IMG/VR virus record: IMGVR_UViG_3300023174_000101
Coordinates: 34,361 to 98,360 of that record
Direction: 5' to 3' (one strand)
Length of the DNA stretch: 64,000 nucleotides
Origin: a virus
Below, one piece after another: positions 30,352 through 40,905 of the stretch; the stretch's first letter is position 1, and every line of letters starts with the position of its first letter. The translations under genes were made by a program, and so were the position numbers. Under the pieces are notes generated by a model. The model ran no database searches. It was not told where the DNA came from and saw nothing but the letters and a program-made list of their open reading frames with translations.

Positions 30352-31440
30352 CTATCCACGCAGTAGCCTCCATCCGTTTTTGATGATAACGCCCGCCGCG
30401 CGCTGCAGGGTCTCGCCAGTCTCGATATCAAGGTCGTTGGCAACCGTAGAGATCGCAGCCGCCAAACCAGCACGATTAGGCTGGCCCATAGCCTCGAACG
30501 TCTTGCGGATATCGCCCATGCGAGCGTCGGATAGGTCGAAGGCAGAGGAAATACGCTTCATAAGCTCGTTAAACTCGTCCTCAGTGGAGGGCGTGGGGTC
30601 GTTCTTCGCATCGTTCAGCTTCTCGATGAACGGCGCGGTCTCCTCGGCGGTGCGGAGCAGCGCGTTGGAGAGGCGAGTAGAAGCTTCACCAACATGCCTA
30701 ATCATCACTTCGGTGTCGTTGACGGGGACGATCATGGAGTAGCCTTCGGCCATGTGCACGAGCGGCTCCATCCGGATGGAAGAGACGCCAGTCTCGGAGT
30801 TAACCAGATGCACGGCCACGTTCACGGGGTCGCTCGCATCGATTTTGCCATTTGCGTTCGGCCAGACGATGGTATAGCGAGACTTGAGGTCTCCACGGGC
30901 AACGCGCATACGGGAGCCACCAGGCACCAAGGAGGCGATGCGGTTCATGATGGGAAGGTCGTCCACCGGTACGTAGGTAGTGGAAACCACGCCGCGAATC
31001 ATAGGCGAATTGTCATCGTCCTCGCGGATGCGCATGACGGCCTTATTCTGTCGGTCGTTCACATCTGCCCCGGCGAACTTGGCCTCATGCCAGTAGTTAA
31101 AATTCAGGGAACGAAGCTCAGGCGGGCAGGCGGCAAGGTATCCACCCATGCCGATTACGCCCTGAGGCTTGATGCGGGCTACCATCTGGTTGAGCGCATG
31201 GCGGGTGTACTTGTAGCTGGTGCCACCGTACATCACAAACGAATCGTCGTCCATGGACAGGCTCGGGAGCGCAACCTGCACATCCTGAGGGCTCTCGCGC
31301 TTGATCTGCTCAACCAGTTCGGCCAGGGCATCATTGAACTCTGGGAGCTTTGCAATGTCGCCAAGCTTCGCATTGATGCGGGCCTCGGCATCCTGAGAGA
31401 GTGCAACGCGCTGCAGGGGAATAACGTTCGTAGCGTTCAT
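30352..31440 (-). CDS. DUF932-like phage protein
   Basis: IRGVVSTTY...HLVNSETGVSS pattern; strong codon bias; own sigma54 promoter. Confidence 0.6.
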   Translation of the reverse strand: MNATNVIPLQRVALSQDAEARINAKLGDIAKLPEFNDALAELVEQIKRESPQDVQVALPSLSMDDDSFVMYGGTSYKYTRHALNQMVARIKPQGVIGMGGYLAACPPELRSLNFNYWHEAKFAGADVNDRQNKAVMRIREDDDNSPMIRGVVSTTYVPVDDLPIMNRIASLVPGGSRMRVARGDLKSRYTIVWPNANGKIDASDPVNVAVHLVNSETGVSSIRMEPLVHMAEGYSMIVPVNDTEVMIRHVGEASTRLSNALLRTAEETAPFIEKLNDAKNDPTPSTEDEFNELMKRISSAFDLSDARMGDIRKTFEAMGQPNRAGLAAAISTVANDLDIETGETLQRAAGVIIKNGWRLLRG

Positions 31441-31509
31441 ATTCGGACCTTCTTGGAGTTGGAGTTAAAGTGCTTGGGCGCCCATGCGCCCGCGCACGAC
31501 AGAGAATAC

Positions 31510-31525
31510 TGCACCGGTCGTGCCA
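31510..31525 (-). promoter_or_regulatory. sigma54 -24/-12 promoter
   Basis: TGGCACG-ACCG-GTGCA. Confidence 0.75.
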
Positions 31526-32055
31526 CGGGCGCTTTGGCTAAGACTACTGGCGGCTGTAAAGTACAGTGTACTCTACGCCCGTACCCCAACCAGTCTTGGG
31601 GTCCCAGTAGTCAGCAACAAGGGGCTTGGTTGGTGTGGCCACGATTGCGGCTGTGGCCTTATCCATGTCCTCGCTGTAGAATACCACCTTCCACTTGGCG
31701 GGGTCGGTGCTAGACCCAGAGACGTAGTCAGGCTCGAACTCAGACAGGTGCTTGGATGCGGCCTTAGCCTCTGACTCTGAGTTAAAGAATAAACGGAATG
31801 CAAACGGCTGTGATAGGGCCATACTTTACTCCTTAATTGGTTCTAACTACTTCAACGTCGCCTGGGTATACATTACACATTGCTCCACTAAACCAACGAA
31901 CCATGGGGCCCGCCTTGTCCTTGTATGCGTTAGTCTCCTCAAAAACCACGCCAAGGGTGCCCTTCTGAACATTCGCGCCGATTGGATCCAGGCATTGGCG
32001 CTCACACATCACGAGAGTTCCACGCTTGAGAGACATGACATCCATGTTTTACCTT

Positions 32056-32439
32056 TCATGCTACTTTGTTCCAGAGTATCGTACGATACTTGATACTCAT
32101 TGCTGTAGGTTCTGTTGACTTGGGCAACTTCATAGTCTGGAAATTGCCTTCATTGTCAGTATATACTACTTTACGTACGCCTGCTTGAATCATTCGGTCT
32201 ATGCACATCTGGCAGGGCTTAGAGAGACCAATGGTGCCAGAACGTTTTACCCGAATCACGAACATCGTCGCACCCTCAGTGCCGCTGCGCCAGGCCCTAT
32301 TTAGGGCGGCGTGCTCTGCGTGGACGTGACTATGATTGTGGGCTATGGCTATAATCTTGCCGCCCCTGACTAGGATTGCGGCAAGCTGGTGGTGATGCCT
32401 AGCTTTGGCCGCTTCCTTTATGGCCATTTTCAAATACAT
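32056..32439 (-). CDS. Zn-dependent (d)CMP/cytidine deaminase-like protein
   Basis: HAE...PCQMC. Confidence 0.8.
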   Translation of the reverse strand: MYLKMAIKEAAKARHHHQLAAILVRGGKIIAIAHNHSHVHAEHAALNRAWRSGTEGATMFVIRVKRSGTIGLSKPCQMCIDRMIQAGVRKVVYTDNEGNFQTMKLPKSTEPTAMSIKYRTILWNKVA

Positions 32440-32896
32440 TAGTTAATGTATGTCTTGTCATCTGGCCTGGCCACTTCTGGTGCTGATGTTGGTGGTAGTG
32501 ATGGAGCTAGACCACGCTCGTAATTCTCGGCTGGGCTTGCCAGGATGTGCTTCGCTGCCATTAGGGCAAGCAGCGCAGACGCATCCTTAACGGTACGAGC
32601 AGCAGCCCCATTGATGAAGTTGTATGCATTATCACCGGTAGATGATACGTACATATTGGTTACGCACACCTGCAGGACCTGGTCCTTGTCAACTGATACG
32701 TTAAACCCGAGCAGCATGTTGAGCTTAATGGTTGGGTCCACTTCAGGGCCTACTAGTCTTACATTCTTAGGGAATTCAAGTACGGAGTCATCCCCAGCAA
32801 ATTTAATGGCAGCACGCAGTACTAGCCTACGCAGTCGAGTCATCATTTTGTTAATCATGGCATTCCCATAGCTACTGGTAAGGTTACAATTAATAA

Positions 32897-33169
32897 GTGA
32901 TTAAGCTATCTAAAAAGTGTTGGCGGTGCCCGCCAGAGAAGTCAGAGCAACCCCTAGAGAATTTCTGTAGAGGGGGTAAGGATTCTGTATGCAAAGCATG
33001 CAGGTATCAACTTAACTCCGAGTGGGCGAAGACCAACCGTGATAAGCTACGGCCAAAGCGTGCGCAGTATATGAAGGACTACCGCGCAGCGAAGAAGAGG
33101 GAAAAAGAGGCTCTGGCAGCGAAATCATCCGAAGAAAATAAGCCACCAGAGCCTGGAAGTAGCAATTAA
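32897..33169 (+). CDS. small basic Zn-finger protein, the only convincing plus-strand gene
   Basis: CWRC...CKAC; fills a gap with no minus-strand ORF. Confidence 0.6.
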   Translation: MIKLSKKCWRCPPEKSEQPLENFCRGGKDSVCKACRYQLNSEWAKTNRDKLRPKRAQYMKDYRAAKKREKEALAAKSSEENKPPEPGSSN

Positions 33170-34005
33170 TTACCTGTCTGCTTATCTGTGCCCATCTTAG
33201 CCAAATATTCAGACAGACTCAGACCAGCAAATCCGGGGTGCTTCTCGAACTGCTGAATCGCCTCGTTCACCCATGGCTGAACCCAATAGGTGTACTCCTT
33301 TGGGCGTGGCTGTGCACCTACGTTCGCCTTAATGACCGACCCTAGGTGCTTGTGAATAATGAGCTCTTCATACCCAGAATCACGTACATCACGGCTAGCC
33401 GTGTCAACTAGGCACTGCTGCCCTGCCATATGTCGTGTGATGGAGATTGCCTTAGTATCTTTGCCACAGTTCGGGCACTTATAAAGTACCGACAACTTGC
33501 TGACGTTGAATCCGTCCTCCGAGAACTCGAACAGCATTCGGTCGGTCTTGAGAGTCGGTACGCCCTTGTCGGACTGTAGCTGACGGATTACGTCCGCGTG
33601 GTGCTTCATAATGTCGGCCAGGTCTTCGGTAAACGTCATGAAGTACTCGGGCGAAATCTCGCCTACCGAGTTGTTCGCGCGCTGCTCGGGAAACTTTACT
33701 TTCATCAGTCTTGAGTACGAGCTACGACCCACGCCTGAGTATGCGTTGCGTGTGAGCACAGCAGTCGTGTAGCCTTGGCTCGCGCCATGGATGTTAACGA
33801 CGGCGTATGCCTCCAAGCCACCATTTTGGTCGTTCGTGTACTTCTCTATTGCGTCAATGTTATACTTGATGACGCGCTCCATCTCGCTAACTGACTTGCT
33901 AAAAATATGTGCAAGCTCGTCGGCTGTTGTCTCCCTAACTTCGTGGTCGCCGTTGTCTGAGTTATAATCGTTAATCAAATACTTCGGCGTGAGGTCTGCC
34001 GTCAT
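33166..34005 (-). CDS. GGF-x6-EYL C-terminal domain family, member 1 (with C2HC finger)
   Basis: CPNC...H...C then PWVNEAIQQFEKHPGFAGLSLSEYLAKM. Confidence 0.8.
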   Translation of the reverse strand: MTADLTPKYLINDYNSDNGDHEVRETTADELAHIFSKSVSEMERVIKYNIDAIEKYTNDQNGGLEAYAVVNIHGASQGYTTAVLTRNAYSGVGRSSYSRLMKVKFPEQRANNSVGEISPEYFMTFTEDLADIMKHHADVIRQLQSDKGVPTLKTDRMLFEFSEDGFNVSKLSVLYKCPNCGKDTKAISITRHMAGQQCLVDTASRDVRDSGYEELIIHKHLGSVIKANVGAQPRPKEYTYWVQPWVNEAIQQFEKHPGFAGLSLSEYLAKMGTDKQTGN

Positions 34006-34083
34006 TCTTGGCCTGTCCTAGGGTATGGTTTGGGGAGGATTCGCGGTGCTAAGGCGGCGTTTCGCGTGTTGCACGCCGGACTG

Positions 34084-34099
34084 TGCAATGCGCGTGCCA
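34084..34099 (-). promoter_or_regulatory. sigma54 -24/-12 promoter
   Basis: TGGCACG-CGCA-TTGCA. Confidence 0.8.
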
Positions 34100-34115
34100 C
34101 TATAGTTATACTAAT

Positions 34116-34199
34116 TGGCCAAGGAGGGACTTGAACCCTCATGCCCGTGAAGGCGGCGGATTTTGAGTCCGCTGCGTATACCGATTTCGCCACTCGGCC
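34116..34199 (-). tRNA. tRNA-Leu(CAA)
   Basis: Cloverleaf with long variable arm; anticodon arm GCGGA-CTCAAAA-TCCGC. Confidence 0.92.
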
Positions 34200-34247
34200 C
34201 TAAGTATATCCTATGATAGCAACTGATCGTCACTGGATTAACTGCTT

Positions 34248-35168
34248 CTAGCGTGGATCTCTCTTATGGCGATACATGTGCACATTTACGGTAGGCGCTC
34301 GGCTATTGTCAGACTCAGGTCTCATCTTCTGCAAATAATCATACAAAGACAGACCGGCGAAGCCGCCGTTCTTATTCCATACTTGATATGCACTGTAAAT
34401 CCACTTTGGAACGTATGCGTCATACTTGTACGCTACAAGTTCGGTGTCAATTAGACCGTCGTGACAAAGGTTGTATAGTTCTTTGTTAGAGCGATAGTCA
34501 ACGCGCTCATTGTCGCCGCTGTGAATAACATTGTACATACGGTAGTTAATACACCTGGCAGTCTTCATGTGGCTGGGCAGCTGCTTGGTATTTACTACCG
34601 TACGACAATGTGGACATTCAGACTGGAACGGCACACGGAACGCAGTCAGCTCGATAGCTGGCCAGCTACTATCCGAGCCATCCTGAGACCAATCGCGTAT
34701 TGGCTCTGATGCCATAAAATATGTAGACTTACTGGTGAGCTTGTCATGCTTCGCCTGGAGTAGGAACTTCGCATTATTCTGTCTAAGTTCGTCTATGTAG
34801 CCAATAAACTCTGGCACGGACTCGCGTACGACCTTCTTCGGGGCATATGCAGACCTCCACGAAGAGTTGCCATTCTTGGCCCAGTTTGACATGAAAATTG
34901 TGCCAGTTCCGCACTCCATGGCCATCTTTACAATGTCAGCGTTCTCCTTCATGTACGTAGCCGAATACAACACGTGTATTGGCATGGTGCCACCACCGAA
35001 CATGCTGTAATTGTCGGCCACGCTGGCCGCTAACTTGTCGCGCACATCTGCTAGCCTTTTGTTGGCGATGTCGATGTGTAACTCAATCTCGTCGATCGTA
35101 GGATTAAAAACCACTACGTTACGCCAATTGTCGGTGCCAGCCTGAAGCTCAATTTTTCTTTCGCTCAT
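34248..35168 (-). CDS. GGF-x6-EYL family, member 2 (with C2HC finger)
   Basis: CPHC...H...C then VPKWIYSAYQVWNKNGGFAGLSLYDYLQKM. Confidence 0.8.
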   Translation of the reverse strand: MSERKIELQAGTDNWRNVVVFNPTIDEIELHIDIANKRLADVRDKLAASVADNYSMFGGGTMPIHVLYSATYMKENADIVKMAMECGTGTIFMSNWAKNGNSSWRSAYAPKKVVRESVPEFIGYIDELRQNNAKFLLQAKHDKLTSKSTYFMASEPIRDWSQDGSDSSWPAIELTAFRVPFQSECPHCRTVVNTKQLPSHMKTARCINYRMYNVIHSGDNERVDYRSNKELYNLCHDGLIDTELVAYKYDAYVPKWIYSAYQVWNKNGGFAGLSLYDYLQKMRPESDNSRAPTVNVHMYRHKRDPR

Positions 35169-35507
35169 TTTTATCCAGCCTGCATCCGCAAATATGGTAG
35201 TGTTCGACCTTTACTTCACAATCCTTAGTGCCAGTACATGATACCCACTTGGAGTCGTTACATTTCTTGCATTTTGACATGTTCAAAGTCCACCGATGAG
35301 AATAGTGCGGCAGATAGAATAGAGTGTTGCTCATTCTCCCGCCGTACATTTAGTTTATACGAGTATAACCCCGGCTCTACATCGGTGACTATATATCTTG
35401 CACCAACAGTGGGCTTAAGCTGCTTGGCGAACACGCCCTTACGGCTCACGCAGCGGACTAAATCCCCAACTTTAAACTCTGTAGCGGCCATTGTACTGCA
35501 GTACAAC

Positions 35508-35523
35508 TGCACACGGCGTGCCA
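35508..35523 (-). promoter_or_regulatory. sigma54 -24/-12 promoter
   Basis: TGGCACG-CCGT-GTGCA. Confidence 0.7.
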
Positions 35524-35561
35524 CGGGCCCCTCGTCGGAGCCCGTGGTCGCCAGATGTCAG

Positions 35562-35861
35562 CTACTTGCGAGCGCCGATGGTGCTATCTTGCTCGCGCCC
35601 GCCGAAGTCTCCGGTCTTGGATCGAAGCCCACGTGCGTACTTCTGCACACGTGGGTGTTCAGTGTCCAGACCCTGAGACTCTGCATATCTACGCACCGCG
35701 TCTTCGAACTTGCGGGAGTCTTCATCAATTGGCCTACCCCGCTCATCCGTCATGTGCCCACCCGTTTCGTCCGCGTACTTCTTCACGCGTGGGTCGTCGA
35801 GGGTGAAACCAAGAGACTCTGCCCACTTAATAACGGCCTCAGAATACTGTTTTTCCGGCAT
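35562..35861 (-). CDS. YAxSxGL-repeat protein (2 repeats)
   Basis: AVIKWAESLGFTLDDPRVKKYA and AVRRYAESQGLDTEHPRVQKYA. Confidence 0.7.
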   Translation of the reverse strand: MPEKQYSEAVIKWAESLGFTLDDPRVKKYADETGGHMTDERGRPIDEDSRKFEDAVRRYAESQGLDTEHPRVQKYARGLRSKTGDFGGREQDSTIGARK

Positions 35862-36413
35862 GTTACCCTCTTTGGTTAAGGCGCGCGGCACCACGCCACC
35901 CGCCACAAAAAAGGTAATCACGCCTTCTCGCCGCGACAACTGGTATATCTTATCCGTATAATAGAGTCCAACAGACACAGCAGCGCATTTCAATCTTGTC
36001 GTCTTCCGCGTCTACCATGGTTGTATTATGGTGGTCACATATCGACGCGAGGGTAGACTGTAGGTCTTGAATTTTCTTGTCTAGTACGCCGCGTTGACGT
36101 TCCAAGCGGTCAATCTGCTTCACAAGAGAGTTGATCTTGTTCTGTGCCTTGCTCTTGTTAGCCTTCTCGGCTTTGCGTTTGTGCTGGGGTGTCTTTGCTT
36201 TCTCTGCCTCAAGCTCGGCATCCTTGTCAAGATACCCCTGCGCCTCTTCTGGCCTGGCCACTTTGCTTTCTGCAATGGCCTTACCAGACAAGATGTCTGC
36301 CCTGGAGAAACGACCGACAGTCATCTGTGCAGCAGTTCTCTGACGCATATGTACAACTCTAGCGTAAAGAACGCTCCTAAAGCTATGTACCATGCAGCAG
36401 GTAACTTGTCCAC

Positions 36414-36704
36414 TTAGATCAGTCCTTCGCCCCTTAGGTATGCGAATAATAGAGCTGCAAGTGCTGTATAGGTACCCTCTGTACCAGCATAGTGCTTATC
36501 GAACATCGTACTGAATACATCGTGAAGGACTACACGGGTAGTTTTTATATCCTTCATCTCGTCTATGCGGTACATAGCTGCCTCAATCTCAGACACATAC
36601 TCATCGGGAGGCGCACCCATCTTAATAAGGCCCAGTGGGTCTGCCTCGTTGAAGATGTCGTACAAGTCTGAGAGAAGCTTAGGATTTTGGCGTACGTTTA
36701 TCAT
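36414..36704 (-). CDS. DUF1871-like small protein
   Basis: DPLGL...APPDEY.SEI motif. Confidence 0.6.
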   Translation of the reverse strand: MINVRQNPKLLSDLYDIFNEADPLGLIKMGAPPDEYVSEIEAAMYRIDEMKDIKTTRVVLHDVFSTMFDKHYAGTEGTYTALAALLFAYLRGEGLI

Positions 36705-36708
36705 AGAC

Positions 36709-37232
36709 TCACTTCACATCAAGACCAGACAGTCTGCATCTAGCTTTATATTCTCTAATTCTGGTGTTGTGTGCGGTTTTGCATACTGTACACTTACACT
36801 TGTGGTATCTATACCCAACTGATGTGCCATGTGGTATTTGGTCGTCAGTAAGGGTTGGCCGTAGCTGTCCGCCATTGCTACACTCTTTGGAGCAGAACAG
36901 TCTTCCGGACTTGTTCCTGCTAGAACGCGTTTTAGCCTTGCTTGGCACTAGGCTAAACTGTGTGTTGCAGCGCGCACACGTAAGTTCTAGCCGCTCAGCG
37001 GTACTGTGATGTGAAGCGTGCGCACCTGCAGCCAACATCGAGAGGTTTTCAATCCGATTGCCAGTCTTGTCTTCGTTGACATGATGGACAACGTGCCATC
37101 TGGCACAATCTGCCCAGTGGCTTGCCACCATACTATATGGTGTTCATATGCATAGCGGCCACGGTATAACTTACCAGGGTAGCCAGTTGGAGCCACAACT
37201 AATATGTATGGTCCGTTTCTCATGTTTATCAA
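36709..37232 (-). pseudogene. frameshifted HNH endonuclease
   Basis: YEHHIVWWQATGQIVPDG (36987..37232 frame) continues as HVVHHVNEDKTGNRIENL in another frame; 1 nt is missing near 37095. Confidence 0.75.
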
Positions 37233-37237
37233 CTAAG

Positions 37238-37313
37238 CTCCTTGAGCTGGATTCGAACCAGCGACATCCGAATTAACAGTTCGGCGCTCTACCTAGATCT
37301 GAGCTATCAAGGA
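37238..37313 (-). tRNA. tRNA-Asn(GTT)
   Basis: CCGAA-CTGTTAA-TTCGG; TCCTTGA/TCAAGGA acceptor stem. Confidence 0.92.
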
Positions 37314-37327
37314 ATATAATTGTTGCA

Positions 37328-37398
37328 TGGAGCTAGACAGAATCGAACTGTCAATCTCGCCTTGCAAAGGCGATGTTATCCCGTTTAACTATAGCCCC
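37328..37398 (-). tRNA. tRNA-Ala(TGC)
   Basis: TCGCC-TTTGCAA-GGCGA; G3:U70 identity pair. Confidence 0.88.
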
Positions 37399-37436
37399 TT
37401 GCATTAATAATGCTTACTCATTGCTGCTGGATATAC

Positions 37437-37823
37437 TTAGGAGAAGTAGCCCATACAAAATGCATGGCCCTCTGCATCAATCCAGGAGCGATCATCCTTC
37501 CAAGGCTGCCTAGGTCCACCCGTAGTCTCGGTATGATGATTCTTGCCCTGCTTCTTCTCGTCTACCATCTCCCAGAACTTTTTGGCAGAGATTGGACGTT
37601 TGTACTCGCTCATAATCCTGACCCTTTTGCCATTAATCTTCATGGACATAGCATCGCGCCAATCCTTGGCAGAGTTAATCGGTGCGCCCGTTGGCGACTC
37701 GTACCCTTTGAGCGCCTGAAATGTGAACGACCATCCCATGCTGCTCTTGCCGATGTGATACTGGTTCTCTGGATGCTTGCACGTAGGGCATACGTTTACC
37801 ATCAGATAGTAGTTAGTTCCCAT
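37437..37823 (-). CDS. conserved phage protein (MGTNYY...HIGKSSMGW...FS)
   Basis: Motif recognised as common in phage proteins. Confidence 0.7.
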   Translation of the reverse strand: MGTNYYLMVNVCPTCKHPENQYHIGKSSMGWSFTFQALKGYESPTGAPINSAKDWRDAMSMKINGKRVRIMSEYKRPISAKKFWEMVDEKKQGKNHHTETTGGPRQPWKDDRSWIDAEGHAFCMGYFS

Positions 37824-38127
37824 TCTTGCACCTGTCGCTTACATAAAGAACACGGTCCGCTGGTGAAGTTTCAATCTTCAAGATGCAGTGGTCGAGGATG
37901 CCCTCTCCACCAAACGAGCGCGAGGTCTTGATAAGAAGCGGAATCTTCGTTGGCCCCATGGACCTATTGACCGGGCCGCACATAGGAAGGTCTGGCCAGA
38001 TGTCGCCTGTCTTACTGTCACCGTAATAAATGCGGATTCGCTTGCCGGAAGCGCGAGCGTCTTCAAGGATATTAATCACTGCCTTCGGGGTAGAGTCGTG
38101 GTAAGTCGTGCCGTTCACGATGGGCAT
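37813..38127 (-). CDS. conserved phage protein (RIRIYYGD..TG...GRS-like)
   Basis: Start moved to MPIVNG. Confidence 0.65.
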   Translation of the reverse strand: MPIVNGTTYHDSTPKAVINILEDARASGKRIRIYYGDSKTGDIWPDLPMCGPVNRSMGPTKIPLLIKTSRSFGGEGILDHCILKIETSPADRVLYVSDRCKNGN

Positions 38128-38214
38128 ACAATTGTCCTTGATAAAATGCCACCAGAGGTAAGGTAGTGGCACACTAAATAGCCCCTTACGACTGCATCGG
38201 GAATCTACCCGATG

Positions 38215-38709
38215 CTAGACAGACGCCTCGGTCTCAGCCTTGGTCGGAGACTCGACGCCAGCGCGCGCGCGCGCCTCAGCCAGGCGGGCCTGCAGCTTGG
38301 CACGAATGCTCTCCGCATTGGCAATTACCTGCTCGGGGCTGGGCGTAACCTCAGGCACATCAATTACCTGTGCAGTAGCCTTCTTGGCGGCAGGCTTACG
38401 ACCCGAACCCTTCTTCATTTCTGGGGAGACCGCGCACTGGTGCCAATCGGACTGCTCACGGATGTGGTTCGGACCGCCCTTGATACAGGTCAGCTCCGCA
38501 CGGAGCTTGCCCTTCTCGGAGCGCTCGGAGAGGATGACACCCTTGGAGCCCAACGGCGTGGTAAACTTCATGCCAGCGAGGCCAAGCTTCTTGGCTGCCT
38601 CCATGGTGTAGTGGCCATCCGCATCTGGAGTGAACCCATGCTTGGTGGCTGCGGTCAGGATTGCGGAATCTGCAGAATCAGTAATGGTGGTGTTGGTGTC
38701 GGTGCTCAT
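38215..38709 (-). CDS. Ala/Lys-rich protein, paralogue of 59695..60288
   Basis: KFTTP.G..GV.L.E.S..GK..AELTC...RE.SDWHQC. Confidence 0.75.
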   Translation of the reverse strand: MSTDTNTTITDSADSAILTAATKHGFTPDADGHYTMEAAKKLGLAGMKFTTPLGSKGVILSERSEKGKLRAELTCIKGGPNHIREQSDWHQCAVSPEMKKGSGRKPAAKKATAQVIDVPEVTPSPEQVIANAESIRAKLQARLAEARARAGVESPTKAETEASV

Positions 38710-38762
38710 TGTTTGCCTCTGAGGGTTAAATGCTCAGCGCCACGCTGAGCACTACTACTATA

Positions 38763-38835
38763 TGCGAACGGCGTGCCAGAGGTCTTACCTCTCACACGCC
38801 GCCGCACGACAAAGAATACTGCACTGGCCGTGCCA
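38763..38835 (-). promoter_or_regulatory. tandem sigma54 promoters (38763-38778, 38820-38835)
   Basis: TGGCACG-CCGT-TCGCA and TGGCACG-GCCA-GTGCA. Confidence 0.75.
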
Positions 38836-39028
38836 GTACTATCTATATACAGGGTCTCGGTGAGCGCCGCAGTGGAGGCACTGGCCAGAGCCGCCGAAAA
38901 GATGCTCGGTCCCATTGCAGGCTTGCACTGTTGCCTTAATTAGTGGATTGATGATGAGGTACATGTTCTGTAGGACGTCACGCTGTTCGGATTGCTTGTT
39001 CACGTTTATTTACCCTGCATTTTAAGAG

Positions 39029-39100
39029 TGGACCGGGGTGGAATTGAACCACCGTCACGCACTTATAAGGTGCGGGCCTTAACCATTAGGCGACCAGTCC
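39029..39100 (-). tRNA. tRNA-Ile(TAT)
   Basis: CGCAC-CTTATAA-GTGCG; GGACTGG/CCGGTCC acceptor stem. Confidence 0.85.
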
Positions 39101-39107
39101 TTAATTT

Positions 39108-40427
39108 TTATCGCGGCATTGTCTGTAGTGCTAAGTCGAAAACCTCATCCATGTGTCGAATGTAAAAGCTGTCGTCGAAGCACGATTTAATCTCGTCGCC
39201 AGAAAGTATAGCAGCGATGCTGCCGTGATTAATTGCTGCTGTATACAGTCCAATGTCCGGATTGCCACGTACTTTATTAGATGCTGCCTGCACGAGTGCG
39301 TATGCATCCTGCCTGAGCAGACCCTTGCGTACGAGCATGAGCATAAGGCGCTGACTATAAATCAGGCCACGGGTCTTGAGCATATTGCCTGCCATGGTGT
39401 TCTTGTCGACGGCCAGGTTCTCAATCACGCCGCACATCCTACGTAGCATGTAATCCGCTATACACATGGAGTCTGGGATTATAACCCTCTCTACGGATGA
39501 ATGTGAAATGTCGCGCTCGTGCCATAGCGCCATGTTGTCCATGGCAGTAGACGCATACCCACGCAGCAGACGTGCAAGGCCAGATATGTTCTCAGACGAG
39601 ATTGGATTACGCTTGTGTGGCATTGCAGAGCTGCCCTTTTGGTCAGGCCCGAAGCTTTCAGCGACTTCGCCTACTTCGGTACGGCTCAGATGCCGGATTT
39701 CAATTGCTATGCTCTCAAGGCATCCACCCAGGATGGCAAGCGACGTGATAACCTCTGCATGGATGTCACGCTGCATGACTTGGTTTGACACAATAGACGG
39801 CCTGAGGCCAAGCGTACTTGCTGCATAATGCTCAACGTCTAGGTTCGTGTGTGCAAACGTACCAACTGCACCGGACAGCTTAGCTACGCCTGCACGTAAT
39901 AACGCGTTGACAACACGCGATTCGCAGCGTTCAAGCTCCTTCGCAAATACAAGAATCTTGTGGCCGAATGAGGTCGGCTCTGCGTGGATGCCGTGCGTAC
40001 GTCCGGTGATGTACGTATACTTGTGTTCGTTGGCAAGCTTGAGCATCGCACGCTGCAGGGCGTTGATTTGGTCTACAATAATGCTCAAACTTTTAACTAC
40101 GCCCATGGATAGAGCTGTATCTACAATGTCGGATGAAGTCAGGCCATAGTGCAAGTACCTGGCTGAATCACCGATACGGTTCTCCATAAACGTGATAAAT
40201 GCAATGACGTCATGCTTGGCAAAAGCCTCGATAAGTTCTATCTCTTTAATGTCATCATCTGTGAAGTCGCCTGCTCGAGCCTTGCACTCGTCAGCTGCCT
40301 CTTGCGGTACGAACCCGAATTGGGCCAGGGCGTCTATGACGGCAAGCTCTACGTCACGCCAGCGTCGATACTTCTCGACGTCCGACCAGATGTGTGCCAT
40401 TTCTTCACTGCTATACCTGTTTAGCAT
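39108..40427 (-). CDS. purB: adenylosuccinate lyase
   Basis: KHDV, HYGLTSSD, GRTHGIHAEP, GAVGT, GSSAMPHKRNP, WHERDISHSSVER. Confidence 0.96.
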   Translation of the reverse strand: MLNRYSSEEMAHIWSDVEKYRRWRDVELAVIDALAQFGFVPQEAADECKARAGDFTDDDIKEIELIEAFAKHDVIAFITFMENRIGDSARYLHYGLTSSDIVDTALSMGVVKSLSIIVDQINALQRAMLKLANEHKYTYITGRTHGIHAEPTSFGHKILVFAKELERCESRVVNALLRAGVAKLSGAVGTFAHTNLDVEHYAASTLGLRPSIVSNQVMQRDIHAEVITSLAILGGCLESIAIEIRHLSRTEVGEVAESFGPDQKGSSAMPHKRNPISSENISGLARLLRGYASTAMDNMALWHERDISHSSVERVIIPDSMCIADYMLRRMCGVIENLAVDKNTMAGNMLKTRGLIYSQRLMLMLVRKGLLRQDAYALVQAASNKVRGNPDIGLYTAAINHGSIAAILSGDEIKSCFDDSFYIRHMDEVFDLALQTMPR

Positions 40428-40905
40428 TTAACTCTCGCAAGAACTGCCTGCGCAGCTTACGCGCACGCTTTTTGGACTTTGTCTTATAGAAGCCACGTTT
40501 ACCAAGTGCAGCAAGTGAGTCGGCAAGGTCGTTCATTAGGTGACCGCTATGACCGCGCACCCAGACAAGTTTAACACCAAGACTATTTAACAAAGCCTTG
40601 AATTTATACGCAATCTCTTTATTCTTTTTGGGTGTATACGTGCCATCAGCGATACCTATTGCGTACTGAGAATCAGATACAAGGGTGATACCGTCTGGGT
40701 CTACTATATTCGCAGACAATATCCACTCTACGCCCTTCGTTGCGCCTTCAAGTTCCATTATATTATTTGTAGTGATAGGAGAAGCACCGAATCCCGCTCG
40801 GATTACTTCGTCGCCACTACACACAATCCAACCATAGCCGCCAGGACCAAATCCACCCGACGCAGATCCGTCTGAATATACGTATAGCATATCACCTGCT
40901 GCCAA
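40411..40905 (-). CDS. rnhA: ribonuclease HI
   Basis: YSDGS, TTNNIMELEG, SDSQY, WVRGHSG...NDLADSLA. Confidence 0.92.
   Translation of the reverse strand: MAAGDMLYVYSDGSASGGFGPGGYGWIVCSGDEVIRAGFGASPITTNNIMELEGATKGVEWILSANIVDPDGITLVSDSQYAIGIADGTYTPKKNKEIAYKFKALLNSLGVKLVWVRGHSGHLMNDLADSLAALGKRGFYKTKSKKRARKLRRQFLRELNAKQV

Noticed and set aside
34002-34193. ORFs or ORF extensions over tRNAs and promoters (also 38706-38915, 60373-60585, and the 5' parts of 45189-45614 and 46740-47030)
   Set aside because: They overlap RNA genes or promoter motifs and are probably spurious.
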